A stretch of DNA of 64,000 nucleotides from the human T2T-CHM13v2.0 reference genome, Homo sapiens. The notes under the pieces were generated by a model. That model was given only the letters and a program-made list of their open reading frames with translations. It was not told where the DNA came from and ran no database searches. Where the stretch lies: assembly GCF_009914755.1 (NCBI RefSeq), contig NC_060927.1. One strand, written 5' to 3'. Within the stretch, counting starts at the first letter, position 1. Each line of letters begins with the position of its first letter. Made by a program: the position numbers and the translations under genes. Below, piece by piece: positions 26,425 to 40,904 of this stretch.

Positions 26425-27764
26425 GTTGTCTTTTCCCCAGTGTGTGCTCTTGGTGCCTCTGTCAATAAATTGGTTGTAAATACATGAATTTATGTTAAGT
26501 TCTCTATTCTGTTCCATTGGTCTATGTGTTTGTTTTTATACCAATACTATGCGGTTTGGGTTACTACAGCCTATTGCTCAGGATTGCTTTAGCTATTTGG
26601 CATCTTTAGTGGTTCCATAGAAATTTTAGGCTTTTTATCTATTTCTCTGAAAATTGCCTTTGGTATTTTGATAGGGATTGCATTGAATCTGTAGATTCTT
26701 TTAAGTAGTTCAGTCATTTTTAACTACAATAATTCTTCTAATCCCTTATCATTGGATGTCTTTCCATCTATTTGTGTCCTCTTCAATTTCTTTCATCAGT
26801 GTTTCATAGTTTTTCTTGTAGGGATCTCTTACCTCTTTGGTAAATTTATTCCTATATAGTCCTTTTTTTGTAGCTATTGTAAATAGGATTGCCTTCTTGA
26901 TTTCTTTTTCAGCTAGTTCATTATTGGTGTCTAGAAATGCTAATGATTTTGTATGCTGATTATTAAATTTGTTTACCAGATCTAAAGGTTTTTAGTGAAG
27001 TCTTTAGTTTTTCTATATATAAAACATGTCATATGCAAACAAGGACAATTTGATTTCCTCTTTTCCAATTTGGATGCCTTTTATTTTTTTCTCTCACATG
27101 ATTGCTCCTGTTAGGACTTCCAGTACTATGTTAAATAGGAGTAGTGAAAGTGGGCATCCTTGTCTTGTACCAGTTCTTAGAGAAAAAGGCTTTCTGATTT
27201 CCCCATTTCGTATAATGTTAATTGTGGGTTTGCAATATATGACCTTTATTATGTTGAGAGATGTTACTTCTATGCATAGTTCGTTAAGAGTTTTTACCAT
27301 GAAGGGATATAAAGTTTTATAAAAAGCATTTTCTGCATCTATTGAGATAATCATAGGGTTTTTATTCCTCATTCTCCTTGGTGTGATATATCACATTTAT
27401 TGATTTGCCTACGTTGAACTATTCTTGCATTCGGGGTATAAATCCCACTTGATCACAGTGTATTATCTGTTTGAAGTGCTATTGGATTCAGTTTGCTAGT
27501 ATTTTATTGAGAATATTTGTGTCTATGTTCATCAGAGATATTGGCATATAGTTTTCTTTTTTGTTGGTGTCTTTGTCTGGTTTTGGTGTAAGGATACTGT
27601 TGGTCTTGTAGAATGAGTTAGGGAGAATTCCCACCTTTTCAATTTTTGTTTTGAAATTAATTAAAGATAATTAGTGTTTAGTTCTTCTTTATCAGTTTGG
27701 TAGAACTAAGCAGTGAAGCCATCAGATGCTGGGCTTTTCTTTGTTGGGAGACTCTTATTACTGA

Positions 27765-28070
<306 letters not shown>

Positions 28071-28099
28071 TTTTTGTGCTATTTTTATGTGTTGCTCAG

Positions 28100-28394
28100 T
28101 GGTTTTGTTTTGAGGGAGGGCCTTGCTCTGTTCCCCAGCCTGGAAGGTGACATAATCATAGTTCATTGCAACCTCAAAATCTTGGGCTCAGGTAATCCTT
28201 TTGCTTCAGCCTCCTAAGTAATAAAGACTACAGGCACATGCCACCATGTCTGCCTATTTTTTTTTTTAACTTGTTTTAGAGACAGTGTCTCACTAGGCTG
28301 CCCAGGCTGGTCTTGAACTTCTGGTCTCAAGCAATCCTCCTGCCTCGGCCTCCCAAATTGCTGAGATTACAGGCATGAGCCTCTACACCCAGCC
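28100..28394 (-). mobile_element. AluJ
   Basis: ATCATAGTTCATTGCAACCTCAAA..TGGGCTCA; CTCAAGCAATCCTCCTGCCTCGGCCTCCCAAA. Confidence 0.85.
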
Positions 28395-29152
28395 TGGTGT
28401 TCTAGTTCCTCCTGACGCAATCTTGGCAGGTTCTATTTGTCCAGAAATTTGTCTGTTCTTTAAGTTTTCCAGTTTGTTAGCAAATAGTTTTTCATAATTC
28501 TGTGATGATCCTTGGTACTTCTGTGGTACCAGTTGTAATGTATCCTTTTTCTTTCTGATTTTGTTTATTTGGCTCCTCTCTCTTTTTTTATTGTTTACTC
28601 TAGCTAGTAGTTTACGGATTTTGTTTATATTTTCAAAAAATAGCTTTTTGTTTTGTTGATTCCTTGTATTATTTTAGTGTGTATTTTATTTAGTTCTGCT
28701 ATAATCTTATTTCTTTTCTTCTACCAATCTGGGGTTTGGTTTGTTCTCGCTTTTTTAGTTCCTTGAGGTGCATCTTTAGATTGTTTAGTCAAAATCTTTC
28801 TACTTTTTTGATGTAGGTATTTATTGTTATAAACTTTCCTCTCATTACTGTTTGTGCTATATTTCATAGGTGTTGCAATTCTATATATATTTTTTCAAGA
28901 ATTTTTAATTTTTTAAAATTTCTTCCTTGACCCAATGGTCGTTCATTAGCACATTGTTTAATTTCCATGTATTTATACAGTTTCCAAAATTCCTGTTGTT
29001 TATTTCTAGTTTTATTTTATTGTGGTCTGAGGATATATTGATATGGTTTTGATTTTTAAAATTTGCTGAGAGTTGTTTTGTGTCTTAACATATGGTCTCT
29101 CCTGGAGAATGTTCCATGTGCTGATGAAAAGAATGTGTATTCTGCAGCTGTT

Positions 29153-29185
29153 TGTGTGTGAGTGTGTGTGTGTGTATGTGTGTGT
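29153..29185. repeat. (TG)n microsatellite, imperfect
   Basis: Direct reading. Confidence 0.9.
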
Positions 29186-30469
29186 CTGACTGGGTTATTT
29201 CAAAAGACCTCTCTTCTAGTTCTGAATTTCTTTCTTCTACTTAATCCAGTCTATTTATAACCTCTTAATTGAATGTTTTAATTTCACTCATTGAATTCTT
29301 CAGCTCCAGGATTTCTGTGTGGTTCTTTTGTGTATCTCTTTGGTGAATTTTTCATTCATATCCTGAATCGTTTTTCTGTTTTCTTTGTATTATATATCTG
29401 TGTTCATCACAGTCCACACCAACAGCTATGGCCTAAGGCACTAGTGAAATTACAAACACTACTGATGCTGTTTACAGCCAAAGAAATCATACAGAGACTA
29501 CACTATTACACACACTCAGATGCACTACTCATTCCCCGGGGTGCAGGACACCATGTGTACTAGAGTGCTGCGTAGCCTGCCACTCCACTTGGTCCAACCA
29601 GCATTGTGCCACTGAAGCCCTCTGGGTGGACATAAAGAGATGTCAGTAGAGCTCTAGGAATGATGCAGTCACTGTTGGGCCCCAGGGCAGCTGCAGTTTG
29701 TTTGAGGCTGGGCTCTCAAAACGGCACCATGCTGCAGCCACTTGGGGGTCAGGGGATGTGTGGGACCTAATGTGAGCTCTCTGTCTGGAGCAATATTGTC
29801 ATGTGAACTCATAGCCACACCCTATACCAGCCTCAGGGCTCACAAGGGTCCAGGGCCTCTCTCATGACTAGAATTGCAGGAGTCCACCATGGGAGTGTGG
29901 ACCACTGGGGATTTCTCACTTAGTCTTTCCCCACACTGGGAAGTGTCTCTTGGCTCTCAGCCAATCCTGGCCCAGACCATCCTCACATCCCTTTGCTTCT
30001 GTGCCTGTAGGATTTCCCATCACTTTTCTGCTGAAGTCCAGTGTTCTCCCTTGGATGCTCTATGTGAAGTATGATTATCTACTTACTATTTTGTGGAGGA
30101 AGCAAGTGGCAAATGTCTCTCTAGTCAGCCATCTTGATGTCCCCATGAGGATCAGAAGTTTTAATGTGACTTGCATCATAGAGCTTTATGAAATTCTTAT
30201 TTAACCTGCATCAGATAGGATGGTCTATGATGGTTTCACACACATGAAAAGAATTTACTGTTTTTTTTTAATTTATTTGTTTTCTGTGATCAATGCTGAT
30301 GAGAACATTTTGTACTGCAAAATCCCCCCAACATTTTTATTTATTCATTTTCAGTATTGTTTAGCATGGCATTGATTATGAACAAAATATTTAAATAGAC
30401 ACAGACAGAAGCAAAAATTATAAAACACAAATTCTTGCCTTGATTTATGACTTCATAATAATAACTAAT

Positions 30470-30527
30470 AAAAACAATGACTGCACCAGTTATTGAGCAC
30501 TGTCTAAAAGCCAGATGCAGATGCATA

Positions 30528-30563
<36 letters not shown>

Positions 30564-30690
30564 TGTCTGTCTGTTACTTCATTCAATCATTACCATGAGA
30601 AAATACTGTGAGAAATGTACTATTATCTCAATTTTTCCCATGACAGAAACTGAAGGACAAGGAAGTTAAGTAACTTACAAAAGTACAAAT
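30470..30690 (-). mobile_element. MIR containing (TG)n(TCTG)n at 30532-30574
   Basis: TATTGAGCAC..; TACTATTATCTCAATTTT..GAAACTGAAG..AAGTTAAGTAACTT. Confidence 0.65.
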
Positions 30691-31492
30691 ATTTAGTAAA
30701 ACTTTATAAAGTTTAGCAATCAGTAGGTGTATATTCCAAAGTTGTAGTTAGCAAGGTTTTTTTTTTTTCCTTTTTCTTAAAACCAAGATATAGGTCCTAG
30801 TGCCTTCTTGTACAGCCCTGTGACTATCTACTGTTAAAGATTTGCCTGGGAATTTAAATAGAAGTGCTAACTCATAGCATTTTTTGTTTTCCCCACATCT
30901 TTTCTCCATTAGTATTTCTCTCTAAGTAGAAACTTGCCTATTCAAACAGTATATTCATCCCTGGATTTCTGATGTTCTTATAGACTTCTAGTGCCAAAGA
31001 CTTTGATTCAATTTTCTTAGATAAGGGATAAACATTATCAATACTATACAAACCCTTCCAGAGAACAGGAAAAAAAATGGAAAGAATTCTTAACATACTT
31101 AGAAACCTGACAGTATTATTAGAGAAAAAAACTATAAACCAATAACTCATAAACATAGTTTCAAAAATTATTCCAAAATATTAGCAAATTGAATCCAGTG
31201 GCATACCACAAAGATAACATATTTTAACTAAGTAGAACTTATTACAGGTATAAAATGTCTTAACATTTTAAAATAAATTAATGTATTTTACCAATTTAAC
31301 AAAAATATGAAAAAAATCATAGGATTATCCTATTCAATACAAAAGAGACAAAATTCAATACCCATTTATGGTTTTTAAAAATCACTTTAGGAAACTGGAA
31401 TAGAAGAAATTTTTTCTTAATGTGATAACAATATCTACAAAAAAAACCCCAACAGCAAACATCATAATCAACAGTAAAACGTTGACTGAGTA

Positions 31493-32109
31493 TGTTAGCA
31501 GAAACGGGTTTCAATCCAGACCCCAACAGAGGGTTCTTGGACCTCACACAAGAAAGAATTCAGGGAGAGTCCATAGAGTAAAGTGAAAACAAGTGTATTA
31601 AGAAAGTAAAGAAATAAAGGATGACTACTCCATAGGCATGGGCTGCTCAACTGAATATACTTACAGTTATTTCTTGATTATATGCTGCTCACATGGTGTA
31701 TTACTCATGAGTTTTTCAGGAAAGGGATGGGCAATTCCTGGAAATGAGGTTTCCTCCCCATTTTAGAGCATGTAGTGTAACTTCTCAACGTCGCCACGGC
31801 ATTTGTAAATTGTCATGGCACTGGTGAGAGTGTATCTTAGCATGTTAATGCATTATAAGTAGCATACAATGAGCAGTGAGGAGGACCAGTGGTCACCACT
31901 TTTCTCACCATCTTGGTTTTGGTCAGTTTTGGCTGGCTTCTTTATGACATCCTGTTTTATCAGCAAGATCTTTGTGACCTGTATCTTGTGTGAACCTCCT
32001 ATCTCATCCTGTCACATAACCTCCTGAGAATGCAGCCCAGTAGGTCTCAGCCTTATTTTACCCAACCCCTATCCAAGATGGAATCACTCTGGTTCAAACA
32101 CCTCTGACA
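31493..32109 (-). mobile_element. MER41B solo LTR (ERV1)
   Basis: TGTT..CAATCCAGACCCCAACAGAGGGTTCTTGG ... GGTTCAAACACCTCTGACA; B-type segment CATGTTAATGCATTATAA; TSD AGTA/AATA. Confidence 0.85.
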
Positions 32110-32119
32110 AATACTTTCT

Positions 32120-32573
32120 TCTTCTTCTTTTTTTAAAAATTATATTTTAAGTTCTGGGATACATGTGCAGAACATGCAGGTTTGTTACATAGGTATACAC
32201 ATGCCATGGTGGTTTGCTGCACCCATCAACCCATCATCTACATTAGGTATTTCTCCTAATGCTATCCTTTTCCTAGCCCCCACCCCCTGACAGGCCCCGG
32301 TGTGTGATGTTCCCCTCCCTGTGTCCATGTGTTCTCATTGTTCAACTCCCACTTATGAGTGAGAATATGCAGTGTTTGGTTTTCTGTTCCTGTGTTAGTT
32401 TGCTGAGAATGATGGTTTCCAACTTTATCTGTGTCCCTGCAAAGGACATGAACTCATCCTTCTTTATGGCTGCATAGTATTTCATGGTGTATATGTGCCA
32501 CATTTTCTTTAACCAGTCCATCATTGATGGGCATTTGGGTTAGTCCCAAGTCTTTGCTATTGTGAATAGTGCT
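32120..32573 (-). mobile_element. 5'-truncated L1PA7-like 3' end
   Basis: TTCTGGGATACATGTGCAGAACATGCAGG..CCATCATCTACATTAGG; 15-bp TSD TGACAAATACTTTCT at 32105-32119 and 32583-32597. Confidence 0.9.
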
Positions 32574-33636
32574 AAAGACACATGACAAATACTTTCTCTG
32601 GAGATCAGGAACAAGAAGAGAATGTCTGTCATCACCACTTCTATTCAAAACTGTACTAAAGGAACTTGTCAGTTCAATGGGACAAAAGAAGGAAGTCTTT
32701 AGAATTGTTTTCAGAAATTTTGATTTAAAAATTTTTTTAGTACCCAGAAAAACTTGAAATATGTGTCAATTTAGCAAGGAAGTTTTATATAAAGACTATA
32801 TATTGTAATTTTATAACCTAGCAACAGAGAAGTTTATTTCAAAAAACACCATTTCAGTATTTTTAAAAACAAATACCCAATAATAAAGTTATTTAAAATG
32901 AGCAACTAAACACAAGAGTAAGATAAAAAAAAAAACAAAAAGAAATTGAGATATACCATGTTCATAATTTGTAAAATTCTATAATATAAATATATAGATA
33001 TTTTCAAATTAATCTGTAAAATCAATGCATCCCAATTTTTTAAATTTCCATCAGGATTTTTTGCAGAAATTTGGTAGACAATTTAAAAATGTATATGAAT
33101 ATGCAGGATCAAGAAGAGCTGAAAAATCATTTGGGGAAGAAAAGCTTCATTGTTGAAACTATCTATACCAAAATCGATTATAAAGCTACAGTAATTAAGA
33201 CTGTGATATTTTTGTATGAATAGAGAAACTGGTTAAGGAATAGAACAAAGAGTGTAGAAATGCAATAGGAAAATCAAATGCAAAGGAGGAAAATGTGGCC
33301 TTTTAAATAACTGGTACTGGATCAATTGGATAGCTACCTGGAAAATGGTGTGTCTTCATCTCACATTACACCTTGCCCCCTCTGCACCCTGGCAAAAAGT
33401 AAAGCTTTCATTAAAAAGAAAAGAATACCTAGGAGGACATCTTTATGAACTTAAAGTAGGCAACTATTTCTTTAACAGAATATGAAATGTGCTGATTATA
33501 AAAGAAAAAAATGATCAACTAAACTATATAGTAATTAAGAACTTCTTTTAAACTGAGACCATCAAGAGAGTAGAGAGGCAAGGCACAACATGTGAAAAAA
33601 TATTTGTCTATGCAAAAAGCTGTTTATCCAGAATAT

Positions 33637-33642
<6 letters not shown>

Positions 33643-33675
<33 letters not shown>

Positions 33676-33763
33676 TTTTTGAGACAGAGTCTCACTCTGT
33701 TGCCAGGCTGGAGTTCAGTGGTGCAATCACAGCTCACTGCAACCTCCACCTCCTGGGTTCAAG
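33643..33763 (-). mobile_element. Heavily 5'-truncated Alu with (TTTA)n tail
   Basis: Right-arm 3' part only; TSD CAGAATATTTATTT at 33629-33642 and 33764-33777. Confidence 0.88.
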
Positions 33764-34567
33764 CAGAATATTTATTTTAAAAATACACACAAGGTACAAA
33801 TGAGAAGTGAAAAATACGTGTACAGACATTCCATAGAAGAGAATATTCAAATAGCCCATAAATACAGGAAAACATGCTCAACTTCAACAGTCATCAGGCA
33901 AATTTAAACTTCAGCAACCACCACATGCATGACAAGATGGCCAAAATGAAAAGGACAGAAAGTTTCAAAATTCTATGGAAAAATTTGGAGCAACCACAAT
34001 TCTCATATAATACCCATGGGACTGTACATTGTACATTGGTACAATATCTTCAGGGAAACTTCTGGCAGCATCTACTAAAGCTGAACATAGGAATAAGCTA
34101 TGACTCAACAATTCTACTTGTTGGTATATAACCAAAAGTACAAATTAAATTAGCCCAGAACTCGAAACTACTCAAATATTCAACAGTAGTACAACAGATA
34201 AAACAAACTGTTGGATATTCACACATTGGAATACCTGAAAGCAATGAGAGTGTATGATCTCCAACTACACGCAACAGTAAAAAAGAATCTCACCACCATA
34301 ATACTGAGATAAAGAGGCCAGGCACAAAAAAGCACATACTGCATGGTTTTGTTTATACAAAACATAGAAATAAGCAATCCTAATCTGTGATGTTAGAAGC
34401 TAAGTGATTATGCTTAAGGTAGGCAGGAGTGAATTGCAATGACTGAAAGGGCATGGATGGTGGGGAAAGAGGTGGCTTTGGAATGACAATGATATTAATT
34501 TTTTTAAATCTGGGCCCTGGTTACACAGGTGTGATGAGTTTGTGATAATTCTACCAGCCATATAGAG

Positions 34568-35120
34568 TGTACTAGTCAGAGTTCTCTAGAGGGGCAGTAC
34601 TAATAAGATAGGTATATATATGTAAAACGGAGTTTCTTAAGGAGTATTGACTCACATGATCACAAAGTAAAGTCCCACAATAGAATATCTACAAGCTGAG
34701 GAGCAAGGAAGTCAGTACGAGTCCCCAAACCTCAAACGTAGGGAAGCTGACAGTGCAGCCTCCAGTCTGTGGCCGAAGGCCTGAGAGCCCCTGGCAAACC
34801 ACTGGTGTAGGTCCAAGAGTCCAAAAGCTGAAGAAGTTGGAGTCTGATGTTTGAGAGCAGGAAGCATCCAGCACAGGAGAAAGATGGCGGCTAGAAGACT
34901 CAGGCCAGTCTAGTCCTTCCACATTCCTCTGCCTACTTTTATTTTAGCCATTCTGGCAGCTGATTAGATGGTGCCCACCTGGATTGTGGGTGGATCTGCC
35001 TTTCCCAGTCCACTGACTCAAATGTTAATCTAATTTGGCAACACCCTCACAGGCATACCCAGGAACAATACTTTGCATCCTTCAATCCAGTCAAGTTAAT
35101 ATTCAATATTACCCATCACA
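34568..35120 (-). mobile_element. MLT2A2 solo LTR (ERVL)
   Basis: TGTACTAGTCAGAGTTCTCTAGAGG ... CAATATTACCCATCACA; 553 bp; perfect TSD TAGAG at 34563-34567 and 35121-35125. Confidence 0.88.
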
Positions 35121-38100
35121 TAGAGTTTGGTGTGTGCATTTGTAAGTATATATGTATACTTCAATAAAGAAATTCTAAAAATAATTTTAAAAGAAAAGCC
35201 GCCACCTGCATAGCACTTAAAAATCACTGGGTTCTAAAACAATTAAAAATTATAAGTTTGAATTCACAGACAGTGATTTGTAGAAAGGTAATTAACATAT
35301 TTTTATTTAAAACATAGTTGTCTTTTATCAGCCTAGTTTTACTCTCTACATCTTAATATAATGACCAGTTTTATTAAAAAATCATTTTAAATTAAACTTT
35401 TCCACATTTGTGCAATTCCAGTGATGAATTCGTAAACAGGTTGTAACACATGTTTGCCACCTGGTATTAATTTTGCAGGAGTGGGAAGGTGTGAAACAAA
35501 ATCAACCAACAATTATAGGTGATTTTTACTACAAAAAAAATCAAATATTACTATGCTAGGCATTTTGTGGCCATATGGAAAATTTAAATTCCAAACACTT
35601 AATTAAAACCACAGTGCATTTTTGGATAACTATCATAGCCTTTTTCACCCCATATCTTAGGCAATACTTTCAGATTCATTTGTGAAATTTTTCCACTTCT
35701 ACTCATATTTCCGTGTCTAAGCACTAGACTGAAGTAATACCTCATTTTTCTTGGAAAACATTCAGTAAAATCCAGAGTCCATCCAAGAGCAAACTGTTAC
35801 ACGATAAAATGAGTCTTCAGTGCCTCCAAGCTTCCTATTTTCACGGTGCCTTCTTGGTGCCCCCACATACACACACATGCACACATACATTCTTATCCAC
35901 TGCTATTATAGGTGTCTGTGTCCTCCAGTCCGGTGCCCATGGAGGAATCACACTCTGCCAGTCCTCCAGGAGCTGAGCGTCATGTCAAATTTCTCCTGCC
36001 CTTATTGTCAATAAAACATACTAATTTGTAATTTCATTCTCTTTGGACTAGGTGTACTTTCCAAAGGCGCAGCCAAAATTAATATGTCCTACAATCATAT
36101 GTGTAAAATGCAATAGCCCTTGCTTCTCCTCCCAGGGAAATGCATCTCCCACAACAGTCCTCTTGAGACTAGGCTTTAACTGCAATGTACAATGTTTATG
36201 ATGAACTTGTTAGACTCCACAGAACATTCACAAGAGATTTTTGGGGTAGCAAGAAACTCTCAGTGCCCGTCTCGTATTTTTATACAAGTATCTAGCCTAT
36301 GGCAGATCTTGTGCAATCCATTCTTCAATGATAATACTTCAGTATTTGCCATCTTCTTTTAAAAGACAGTCAAAATAAATATCAAAAATAGACAATGCTG
36401 AAATACTTGTATATTAAAAACAAATAAGCAAATTTGAAGAACAATTGTCCAGAATCAAATAGCGAAATGTTAGCCACCCTCGTTTAATTTCCCAAAGCAC
36501 AAAAATTTACCTTTATTTGCCTAATTTTATAGACTCTATCTTTTGTGAAGCTAATTACTTGAAAATTTATTCTATTCGATTATATTTTTTGTTTTATTTT
36601 TCTAATATGGTCTAGAAATGCCTAGCTTATTGGTATGTTCTGACCTTTGAAATTAATAACTGTTTTAAATAATTGATCAGAATTGTTTACTATATAAAAG
36701 AATGAATAAGATCTATTCAGAATATTAGGGTTGGAAAATATCATTTTTAACCTTTCTTATTTAAAAACATAATCAAAAAAATTTTTTTAAGTCTATGTTA
36801 AGATCTTCCTGTAGAAAGGCAAAACTATCCCTTTAGGCTAAAAAAAGATCTCTATTCAGTTATGACATTTTCTCAGCACCCAAGTGAATGCTATACATAT
36901 GAAAACCAGTTTTTTTTGAGAACCTCATCTATTTTACAAAGTTACTTAAGATTTTGTGGGAATTTTCAGTCAGACATAATCAAAGGGAGAAAAATGAAAT
37001 ACTCATTATGACTCAGCAGTTGTTTTAATGTGTGAATGCTCCAAAGGTCTTGACATTTATTTTCTTAGAAGAGTATTCACTTTCTCATTATTTATTTATA
37101 GTAAGAAAGAAGAAAGTACAACATACACACTGAAAAACATGTTGTATTATTGAATAAGGCAGGGAATGACTACGGGTGGGGTAATGTCGACAGTAAGTAA
37201 GTCAAGGTCATTGGGTGCTAAGGTTGTGGCCCTGAATAAAGTCTTAAATGAAAGCTTTGTATGGAAACTTGGAGAGGTTACAGGAATCAGCCACTTGGAA
37301 ACACAAAGTGGGAAAGTCAGATACCACGGAACTAATGGAGCCACCAAGGAGAGAATTCCAAGAATATTGTTGAGTGAAAATGGCAAGTTGTAGCAAAATG
37401 TATGAAATATATGAAATAATTGCAGCAAAAATACTTGTAGCATTACTATGTATAAGGTTATCTGCTATATGTTTTTATGCTTCCCTTCTTATTTTACTCT
37501 CTCCTCCATCTATCCCTAAATAAATATTTTTAAACATCTCTCCTTCATCTGAAAGATTCATATAAAGTGTTACTGTTACAGACTTCCAGAGAAAGAATAA
37601 GATGATTTTGAAAGAGAGGGGAGGTGTCAAACAACTACTTTAGATTTAGAGATAAATTATTATTATTCATCAATTTTTAGAGGGAGAAAGTAATCATGTA
37701 TTACAATAACTAATTACAATAACTAAAATTTTTAAATGTCAATAAAATGAATAATGAATTCAGCCATCAGAGCAGAAATGAGAAGCCATGGACCCTAAAT
37801 AGGTTAGAAGTAAGTGGCAAGAGGAAAGTGCAGTGTACACAGAAAGAGTTTCAGTCTCCAGATCCCAGAGTGCACTTGCTATGACTCTACATCCCTTGCC
37901 TTGTCACTCACTCAGCAGATACTAATTTACCCACAATGTACCAGGGAACATACAGCTGTTGGGTCTTTGATGGCTCCTGACTTTGAGGAAAGACAGGCAA
38001 TTAAATTACAATATGATATGAGCTTCTTGGCAGTCCGTACTCTGTAGTCCTACATACAATAATAAAACATTATTTTTGCCCTATGCAGTAAGGAGATAAT

Positions 38101-38339
38101 ACAGAAAAAAAATTCTTGGAGGAAGGTGCAGTAAAGTGCATAGGGATTTAGAGACATTACTTTAATTTGGATGTTAGAGATATTGACCTAAATCAGATCA
38201 CCTCACTGAATAGAATGTAACCTCTAGAAAATCCTTGAAATTGGAGTCGATTGAGATGGAAGCTGATCTCTGCTCAGCAAACACAAGTTTCCTTCAAGTG
38301 GCAACTCCGGAAGTACCATGAGAACCACAGACTCAGTAG

Positions 38340-38683
<344 letters not shown>

Positions 38684-40494
38684 AAGAGATACTTTTCATA
38701 GTCTGTGTGTGTCAGTATAAATTTTTGCCAACTTTCAGTGGTCTTATGGTATTTCTCATGATCATCAAAACTGGGAAGCAATCACAATGTCCCTGGAGAT
38801 GACGAATTAGTGTGCTTCTTATAATTGCTGATATTGAGATAAAAGATTGTGTATTTTTGAGATAACTAGTGTCTTTATTTTCATATAAATTGTTTATAAT
38901 AAAATTTAGCTCTTTTTTAGTTGTGTCTATTTCCTAATTTCCCAGCTGACCTAACTAGAAGTATTGCAGATTTTCCCCTAAAGGTGAAGCCCATTCTGAT
39001 TCACAGCCAATCCTGATCAAAGCAAGAAAAATATTTGGAAACTAATTTGGAATAGCAGCTGAAATGAAGAATTAGCATGCAGTTGGTTTGATGATATGCC
39101 CGCTAAATTGTAATATATAAATCTTGGCTTATGGTTCTGTTTCCAGTTTGTTATTTTGTCAGAACCTGCCAAAATTTGAAATGGTTTTTCTCTCTTGGCC
39201 TTCCATAACTTGATTACTTTAATTGGGACCAGATGATAATTTTAAGTGCTTGGGACTAGACGATCATTTTAAGTAAACAAAAGGTAGAGAGTGGTCAAAT
39301 TATTTTCCTAATTGAAATTCCTAATCAAATGTAACATCAAGATATTATATAAAGTGCTTCTTCTGTCTTTTTGAAAGTGAGATTCTTCAGCTGTCCAGAT
39401 AGTTGTTAAAAACAAACAAACAAACAAAAAGAACAAGTCTGGACTTAGATAAAGAGAAACTTTGTAAAAGAAACTATTGTAATAGTTTTTGTGAACTATT
39501 GTGATAGTTATTGTAATTGAGGGAGAATGTCTCAATCTCAAAAATCAGCAAGTGTCTCAGAATAAAACAGAAAAAGATCTGTATGACAAAAAAGGTTGTT
39601 TTCTTCTATGGTAACATCTTCCACAACAGAGTATCACTGCCACGATATTGCCATTGATGCATCAAGATATAGGACATTTCCATCACGAGAAGAATCCTCA
39701 TGTTGCTGTTCTATGGCCACATCCATTTCTCTTCTACTTAGAACTCTCTTTTACTTACCCATTTTTCAGCTACTTAACCTTGGCAACCACTGATATATTC
39801 TTCATCCCTATAATTTTGTCATTCCAAGAATATTATATAATGGAATCATAGAGTGTTTAACCCTTTGAGATAGCTTTTTATTTCACTCAGCATAATTTGG
39901 GTAGATTCATTGAGGATGGTATAAGTATTGATATGTTGTTTCTTTACTGTTGAGTGGTATTCCATTGCATGAATGTACCATTGTCTTTTCATTGATCAAT
40001 TGAAAGAACACTGAGCTGTTTCCTAATGTTGGCTATTATAAATACACCTCCTATAAAAATTTGTGTACACACTTTTTGTGTGAAATAACTCTTCATTTCC
40101 CTGGAACAAGTGCCCAACAGTGCATTGCTGGGTTGTATGGTAATTATGTGCTTAGTTTATTATTAAGAAGCTGAAAATATTTCCCATTATAGTCATATCA
40201 GTTTATCACATTATGGTCCCAGCAGCAAGAGTGTAAGTCATCAGGTTGTGTCACATTCATGTCAGCATTTGACATTACCAATACTTTTTATTTTAGCCAT
40301 TCTGGTAGATATGTAGCAACATCTCATTGAGGTTTCGATTAGCATTCTCCTAATGGTAAACCATGCTGAACTCCTTCCCATATACTTATTTGCAATCTAT
40401 ATATCCTCTTTGGTGAAATATCTGTTCATGTATTTTGCCCATGTTATCTTTGGATTATTTCTTTTTTTTTTTTTAACTATTATATTTTGAGAAT

Positions 40495-40887
40495 TGTATT
40501 GGTTTTCTAGGGCTGCCTTAACAAACTACCACAGACTGGGTGGCTTAAACAGCAGAAATTTATTTTCTCACAAGTATGGAAGCTAGAAGTACAAAATTAA
40601 AATGTCAGCTGGCCTGGTTTCTTCTGAGGCTTCTCTCCTTGGCTCGTGCATGGCAAAGGAAGCCAGCCTGTGTCTTCATATGGCCTTTCCTCCATATGTT
40701 TCTCTATCCTAAATTTCTCTTTTTTAAAGAAGAGGAATCATATTGGATCAAGACCCACCCTTATGACCTAATTTTAACTTAATTAACTCCTGAAAGACAC
40801 TATCTTCAAATATAGTCACATTCTGAGGTACTGAGGGTTAAAACCTCAATACGTGAATATTGAGGTGACACATTTCAGCCCATATAA
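40495..40887 (-). mobile_element. MLT1B-like solo LTR
   Basis: TGTATTGGTTTTCTAGGGCTGCCTTAACAAACTACCACAGACTGGGTGGCTTAAAC ... TTCAGCCCATA. Confidence 0.8.
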
Positions 40888-40904
40888 AGTTGTATTATAT
40901 ATTT

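Larger units (their letters stand above)
31040..35170 (+). mobile_element. Old L1M (L1ME/MD-like) ORF2 to 3' end, split by MER41B, L1PA7, Alu and MLT2A2
   Basis: RT-like AAAATATTAGCAAATTGAATCCAG; ORF 32569-32757 RSGTRRECLSSPLLFKTVL; 3' end ATACTTCAATAAAG. Confidence 0.7.
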
